A DNA stretch of 64,000 nt from an uncultured Planctomycetia bacterium. Its GTDB lineage: Bacteria; Omnitrophota; Gorgyraeia; Duberdicusellales; 4484-171. A model generated the notes under the pieces. That model made no database searches, was not told the origin of the DNA, and saw only the letters and a program-made list of their open reading frames with translations. The position numbers were made by a program, and so were the translations under genes. Every line of letters begins with the position of its first letter. The first letter of the stretch is position 1. Positions 59,031 through 64,000 of this stretch are shown one piece after another. The stretch is from contig CAZWON010000001.1 in assembly GCA_964635565.1 (NCBI GenBank), positions 7,020-71,019 on the forward strand. The letters run 5' to 3'.

Positions 59031-60389
59031 ATGGATTTAAGTAAGAAAATGGTCAAAGTAAATCCTTTTTACAAGATTAGAAGAGAGATTACTGTTCCTT
59101 CTGATAAGTCTATTTCTCACCGTGCTGTTTTTATATCTTCTCTTGCTAAAGGAAAAACAACGATATATAACTTTCTTAATAGTGAGGATACACTTGCTTC
59201 TTTAGAATGCATGAGACAATTGGGAGTAGGTATAAAGAGATTATTTAAAGAAAGGTTAATAATTTCTTCAAGGGGAAAATATTTTCCTAAAAGACAATAC
59301 ACAGTATTAAATGCCTATCAATCAGGTACTACTTTCCGTCTCATAAGTGGCCTTTTAGTAGGTCAACCTTTTAAGACAAAAATTGAAGCAAGTGGTTCTT
59401 TAAAGAAAAGACCGATGAAAAGGATTACCCATCCTCTCAGGTTTATGGGAGCAAGAATAAAGGGAAGACTAAAAGGGAGCGAGGAATTTCCTCCTCTATA
59501 TATACATCCTGTTAAAAATTTATATGGGATAAGATATAGGCTTCCTGTTAGTAGTGCCCAGGTTAAATCAGCAATTATTTTTGCTTCATTGTTTGCAGAA
59601 GGGTCAACTAAAATAGAGGAGATTTATCCTTCCCGTGATCATACAGAAAGAATGCTTAAATTTTTTGGAGCTTTTTTAAAGAAGGAAAAAAGATTTATTT
59701 ATTCCCAGGCTCAAGATATCAAAGCATCCCCAGAAATATTTATTCCTGGGGATTTCTCTTCCGCGGCATTCTTTATTACCTTAGGTATTCTCTTAAAAGA
59801 TTCAGAATTATGTATTAAAAAAGTAGGTATTAATCCTACAAGAATAGGATTTCTAAATGTATTAAAAAGGATGGGTGCGCGTATTAAGATAGTAAATAAG
59901 AAGAATTATTTTGAGCCTTTTGCTGATATTATAGTTAGTTCTTCTTTGCTAGTCTCAACGGTTGTGAGAAAAGAAGAGATACCTTTAATGATTGATGAGA
60001 TACCTTTATTATTTGTTTGTGCTTCTTTTGCAAAAGGTACGACTATAATTTACGGGCTTAAAGAACTGAAGGTAAAAGAGACAGATCGTATTTCTTCGAT
60101 GATTTACAATCTTAAACTTTTAGGAATTAATATAGGTGTCCATTTTTTTAAAGGAGATTGGTGTGTTGTAGTTAAAGGCATAGGAGAGGATAGGAGGCGA
60201 TTAAAATCAGGAAATTTAAAGAGTTTTGGTGACCATCGCACTGCCATGAGCACAATAATTATGGGTATAGCCTCAGGATGTACACATACCCTTGATGACA
60301 TTCAATGTATAAACAAGTCATTTCCTGATTTTATAAGAAAAATAAATCTATTGCATAAAAGAGCAGTGGTTAACTATGAGGATAGCTAA
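59031..60389 (+). CDS. aroA: EPSP synthase
   Basis: DKSISHR, SGTT-R, RPM, SAQVKS, RDHTE, DEIP, KETDR, DHR-AM. Start uncertain (59031 or 59049). Confidence 0.95.
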   Translation: MDLSKKMVKVNPFYKIRREITVPSDKSISHRAVFISSLAKGKTTIYNFLNSEDTLASLECMRQLGVGIKRLFKERLIISSRGKYFPKRQYTVLNAYQSGTTFRLISGLLVGQPFKTKIEASGSLKKRPMKRITHPLRFMGARIKGRLKGSEEFPPLYIHPVKNLYGIRYRLPVSSAQVKSAIIFASLFAEGSTKIEEIYPSRDHTERMLKFFGAFLKKEKRFIYSQAQDIKASPEIFIPGDFSSAAFFITLGILLKDSELCIKKVGINPTRIGFLNVLKRMGARIKIVNKKNYFEPFADIIVSSSLLVSTVVRKEEIPLMIDEIPLLFVCASFAKGTTIIYGLKELKVKETDRISSMIYNLKLLGINIGVHFFKGDWCVVVKGIGEDRRRLKSGNLKSFGDHRTAMSTIIMGIASGCTHTLDDIQCINKSFPDFIRKINLLHKRAVVNYEDS

Positions 60390-61134
60390 AATTATTTACA
60401 AGAAGAAAAAGAAATGGGGTATATTAGAAGATGATTCTATAATAATTTTAAAAGAACCCCCTTTTAATAGTTTTAAGTTGACAAAAGAAAAGATTCCTTT
60501 AAGTAAGGTTAAGTTTTTAGTCCCTGCTTCACCTACAAAGATAGTTTTGGTGGGTTTAAATTATAAGGACCATGCTAAAGAGCTTAAAATGAGACTTCCC
60601 AAAGAACCGATTATATTTCTGAAACCGCCAAGTACCCTCATTGCTCACAAAGAAAGTATCATTTATCCCAAAGGTGTGAAGCGCCTTGATTACGAAGCGG
60701 AAGTTGCTGTAGTAATTAAGAAAAAAGTAAAGGGTATTTCTCCTCAAAGAGTTAGAGAGTATATTTTGGGATATACGTGCCTTAATGATGTTACTGCACG
60801 CAATTTACAGAAAAAAGACATCCAGTGGACACGAGCAAAGTCTTTTGATACTTTTTGTCCTTGTGGGCCATATGTTAATACAGATTTTTCTGGTAATCTA
60901 AGAATAAGAACCTATCTTAATGGTGTTCTTAAACAAGATTCTTCTACAAGCAATTTTATTTTCCCTATAGAAAAGTTGGTCTCTTTTATTTCTAAAATAA
61001 TGACGCTTTATCCTGGGGATATTGTTTCTACAGGAACTCCTTCAGGTATTGGACCTATGAAAGGGGGAGATGCTATTGAGATAGTGGTTGATGGTATAAG
61101 CCCCTTATGTAACAGAGTAGTTTTTGGCAGTTAA
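60376..61134 (+). CDS. Fumarylacetoacetate hydrolase family protein
   Basis: VGLNYKDHA, FLKPP, DYEAE, NDVTAR, AKSFDTFCP, TGTPSG. Confidence 0.93.
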   Translation: MRIAKIIYKKKKKWGILEDDSIIILKEPPFNSFKLTKEKIPLSKVKFLVPASPTKIVLVGLNYKDHAKELKMRLPKEPIIFLKPPSTLIAHKESIIYPKGVKRLDYEAEVAVVIKKKVKGISPQRVREYILGYTCLNDVTARNLQKKDIQWTRAKSFDTFCPCGPYVNTDFSGNLRIRTYLNGVLKQDSSTSNFIFPIEKLVSFISKIMTLYPGDIVSTGTPSGIGPMKGGDAIEIVVDGISPLCNRVVFGS

Positions 61135-61184
61135 GTATTTTAATTATCCCATTCTTCCATTAAACATCCTTTTAAATTAGTAAC

Positions 61185-61214
61185 TTGACATGATGGGAAT
61201 TTATATGATATACT
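61185..61214 (+). promoter_or_regulatory. sigma70 promoter of the MarR-TolC-RND operon
   Basis: TTGACA-18 nt-TATACT with an extended -10 TG. Confidence 0.65.
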
Positions 61215-61229
61215 TTGTTATGTAAATAA

Positions 61230-61258
61230 TTAACTTAATTAAATATTAAGGAAGTTAA
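61230..61258. promoter_or_regulatory. Candidate MarR operator
   Basis: Imperfect palindrome TTAACTT-AA-TTAA-ATA-TTAA-GG-AAGTTAA between the promoter and the ATG. Confidence 0.5.
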
Positions 61259-61263
61259 CTATA

Positions 61264-61716
61264 ATGAAGAAAAATATGAGTGATTTTTCCTATGAAGTAC
61301 TTAATCTTATGCCCCATTTATTAAGAGGCATGGTAAGAAAACATAAAGATGATTTGACAGAAGGACTTCTTACTTTACCTCAATTTCTTGCTTTAGATTT
61401 AATTGACAGAGAGGAAGGAATGAAGATGAAAGACATTGCCCAGCAACTTAATATAAGTCTTCCTGCAGCGACAGGAATGATGGATAGGCTCTATCATTAT
61501 GGGATGATAAAAAGAGAAGCAGATACCAACGATAGGCGCATTGTGAAGATTGTCCTTACAGATAAAGGAAGAAAGACATTAAATAATACCAGAGACGCAC
61601 GAAGGAAAGCTATTGAGGATGTTTTTGGGAAGCTTTCTCAAAAAGAGAGAGAGGAGTATTTAAATATTTTAAGAAAAATAAAGAAGATACTTTATGGGAA
61701 GAAAGAAAATCTTTAA
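61264..61716 (+). CDS. MarR family transcriptional regulator
   Basis: LTLPQF, winged HTH, DRR----LTDKG. Confidence 0.94.
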   Translation: MKKNMSDFSYEVLNLMPHLLRGMVRKHKDDLTEGLLTLPQFLALDLIDREEGMKMKDIAQQLNISLPAATGMMDRLYHYGMIKREADTNDRRIVKIVLTDKGRKTLNNTRDARRKAIEDVFGKLSQKEREEYLNILRKIKKILYGKKENL

Positions 61717-63172
61717 GATTTTTTTGGTTCATTTATTTTTACTGGTGGGTAATCTCTTTCTTAGTTATCCCCACGATGCAGTAGATTCTATTTATGTGAG
61801 CATTTTAGATATTACGAAATTAGCCTTAAAGAATAATCTTGATATTCAAATTGCTAAGTTTGATGCCTATATAGAAAGGAATAGTCTTCTAGAGGCAGAA
61901 TCAATATTTGATACATTTTTTAATGCCCAGATAGACTACACAAAGAATAAGCTTGATACCGCTTCTGTACTTCTGGGTACAACCAGTTTAACTAATGATT
62001 ATTCTTTAGGTATTACCAAGAAAAATCCTTTTGGCACCACTTTAACTTTGAATGCTTATAACAGACGTATATGGAGTAATTCTTCTTTTTATTCCTTAAA
62101 TCCTAATACAGAAGCCAATGTAGAAATTTCTTTAGCACAATCATTGGTTAAAAACTTTTTTGGTTTTTCTGATCGTGCAAATATAAAGATTACGAAGATA
62201 AATATTGCTAATTCTGATTTTTCTTCTCTGGACAGTATAGAATTTTCTCTATCAATTGTCCAGAAAGCATATTGGGAGTTTGTTTTTCGATATAAACAGT
62301 GGCAAATAAAAAAAGATATGCTCAAAGAGGCTCAGAATCTATATGAGATTTATAAAAGAAAAATCAAGATTGGTCTTGTGGAAAAGCCTGACCTTTTAGC
62401 TGCGGAAGCAAATGTTCTTTTAAGAAAAAACGATGTTTTAAATGCTGAGATGCTTTTTAAGGAAGCGAAAAATAATCTTTTGTATCTTTTAAATATTACT
62501 GATGTTGATAAGAATATTCTTCCTTTAGATAGTTTAGATACTACAACAGAGAATTTTAACTTATATGAACAATTAAAAGTTGCTATTAACAAAAGACGTG
62601 ATTACAAAATAATAAAGAATCAGATTTCTGCTTCGCATCTTGATATGGTTTTAAAAAGGAACGCTCTTTGGCCGGAAGTTGATTTAAATGTTTCTTTTAT
62701 AAAAAATGGAATAGATTTAAATTATAAGGATGCTTGGCGAGAGGTGAGTTCTGAGAGCAACTATTCTTGGTCAGTAGGAGTTAAAGTGAATTTTCCTTTA
62801 GAAAGGAGAAAGGAGAAAGCAGATTATAATAAGGCAAAACTAAACGAGGCAAAACTATTACTTCTCCTTAAGAAGACAGAGAGGATTATTTTTAAAGAGA
62901 TTAATGATAGTATTACTGAGGTTAATATATTAGCCAGCCGGATAAAGACTTTAAGAAATATAGTAGAGTTACAAAAAAGGAAATTATCTGCCGAAGAAAC
63001 AAGACTTAGGTATGGACGCTCTTCCAGTGATATTCTTATTCGTTATCAGAACGATGTTCTTAATTCCCGTCTTTTGCTTACGGAGATGCTTTTTTCTTAT
63101 CGTATTGCGTTGGTGGAATTAGCCCGAAAGAAAAATACACTTTTATCCCAGTATTGGAAAGGGGAATTATGA
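61694..63172 (+). CDS. TolC family outer-membrane efflux protein
   Basis: Signal peptide, ALKNNLDI, AYWE, duplicated OEP-like repeats. Confidence 0.88.
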   Translation: MGRKKIFKIFLVHLFLLVGNLFLSYPHDAVDSIYVSILDITKLALKNNLDIQIAKFDAYIERNSLLEAESIFDTFFNAQIDYTKNKLDTASVLLGTTSLTNDYSLGITKKNPFGTTLTLNAYNRRIWSNSSFYSLNPNTEANVEISLAQSLVKNFFGFSDRANIKITKINIANSDFSSLDSIEFSLSIVQKAYWEFVFRYKQWQIKKDMLKEAQNLYEIYKRKIKIGLVEKPDLLAAEANVLLRKNDVLNAEMLFKEAKNNLLYLLNITDVDKNILPLDSLDTTTENFNLYEQLKVAINKRRDYKIIKNQISASHLDMVLKRNALWPEVDLNVSFIKNGIDLNYKDAWREVSSESNYSWSVGVKVNFPLERRKEKADYNKAKLNEAKLLLLLKKTERIIFKEINDSITEVNILASRIKTLRNIVELQKRKLSAEETRLRYGRSSSDILIRYQNDVLNSRLLLTEMLFSYRIALVELARKKNTLLSQYWKGEL

Positions 63173-64000
63173 AGAAACTTCCTGAATTTTCCATAAAAAA
63201 TTCTTTATTTGTCAATTTACTTTCTTGTGTTCTTATTCTCGCTGGATTTTTGTCCTTATACCATTTAAAGAGAGAAGCTTTTCCTCCTGTATCTTTTGAT
63301 GTAGTTACAGTAACTACATACTTTAGAGGAGCGGATTCTCAGAAGGTAGAAAGATTGGTTACTGCACCTTTAGAGAGGGAGCTTAGAGAAGTAAATGACA
63401 TTAAAGAGATAACTTCTTCTTCTAATGAAGGTGTTTCTTTAATTTATCTTAAGATAGTAAGTGATGTGAAGAATAAGGAAAAGGTAATGACAGATATTCA
63501 GAAGGCTGTAGATAGAGTAACCAATTTACCCCAAGATGTGGATGAACGGCCAATAGTTACGGAGGTAACCAGTGGCCAGATTCCCATAATAAAAGTAGCT
63601 TTAAGCGGAAATCTTTCTGAGTTTAAATTAAGAGAGCTTGCGGATAGACTTAAAGATTTATTGGAAAATATAAACGGTGTATCTTCTGTAGATAGAAGGG
63701 GATGGCGTGATGAAGAGTATTGGGTTCAACCTGATATTGAGAAAATGCTTAAGTTTCATATTTCCTTTTCTGAGTTAGTTTCTGCTTTATCTCGCCAGAA
63801 TGTAGATATGCCTGGGGGTAAGCTTAAAACAGAGAGAAAAGAGTTTTCTGTTAAAGTAAAAGCGGAGTTTAAAGACAAAGAAGATATTGAAAATACTGTG
63901 ATAAGAGGTAATGATTTGGGGAACTGGGTGAGGGTAAAAGATATTGCTTGGGTTAAGCATGCTTTTGAAGATGAGATAGTATTGAACAAAGTATTATCTA
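63169..64000 (+). CDS. AcrB/AcrD/AcrF-family RND permease, 3'-truncated by the window edge (absent from the ORF track)
   Basis: ATG 63169 gives MKKLPEFSIKNSLFVNLL...KREAFPPVSFDVVTVTTYFRGADSQKVERLVTAPLEREL...SSSNEGVS; frame stays open to the end. Confidence 0.93.
   Translation, partial: MKKLPEFSIKNSLFVNLLSCVLILAGFLSLYHLKREAFPPVSFDVVTVTTYFRGADSQKVERLVTAPLERELREVNDIKEITSSSNEGVSLIYLKIVSDVKNKEKVMTDIQKAVDRVTNLPQDVDERPIVTEVTSGQIPIIKVALSGNLSEFKLRELADRLKDLLENINGVSSVDRRGWRDEEYWVQPDIEKMLKFHISFSELVSALSRQNVDMPGGKLKTERKEFSVKVKAEFKDKEDIENTVIRGNDLGNWVRVKDIAWVKHAFEDEIVLNKVLS

Noticed and set aside
4389-63989. All minus-strand ORFs in the track (60-124 aa) and nested plus-strand ORFs 9270-9458 and 40987-41217
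   Set aside because: They lie within or largely overlap well-supported genes and show no recognisable motifs; they are shadow ORFs.

Overview
64 kb of a low-GC bacterial chromosome. About 72 tightly packed, often overlapping genes all lie on the + strand; I found no tRNA, rRNA, CRISPR array or transposase. In order, the window holds: (1) the distal part of a group 4 membrane-bound [NiFe]-hydrogenase/Mrp-antiporter operon, a MazG-like gene, an inverted heptamer-repeat spacer and a HAD-phosphatase/HycI-protease fusion; (2) three exported lipoproteins; (3) purB-L-Q-F-M-D-E, a TsaC/arginine-phosphatase fusion, rpiB and glyA; (4) dCMP deaminase, nrdR, DUF151 nuclease, a phosphoesterase, a tRNA nucleotidyltransferase-HD, a Macro-Nudix fusion, recG, rsmD and coaD; (5) yceD-rpmF-plsX-fabHDG-acpP-fabF; (6) leuCD-orf-leuB-asd, truA, a GT-C-like membrane protein and PilZ; (7) mreBCD-mrdA; (8) queF, polX, apbE, panB, proC, mtnP and ileS-dksA-lspA-rluD, where lspA has an out-of-frame start codon; (9) aroA, a FAH-family gene and a MarR-TolC-RND efflux operon cut by the window end. 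Gene content suggests an anaerobic diderm, possibly Omnitrophota/PVC (inference only). All calls come from motif recognition by eye; no database searches were run.
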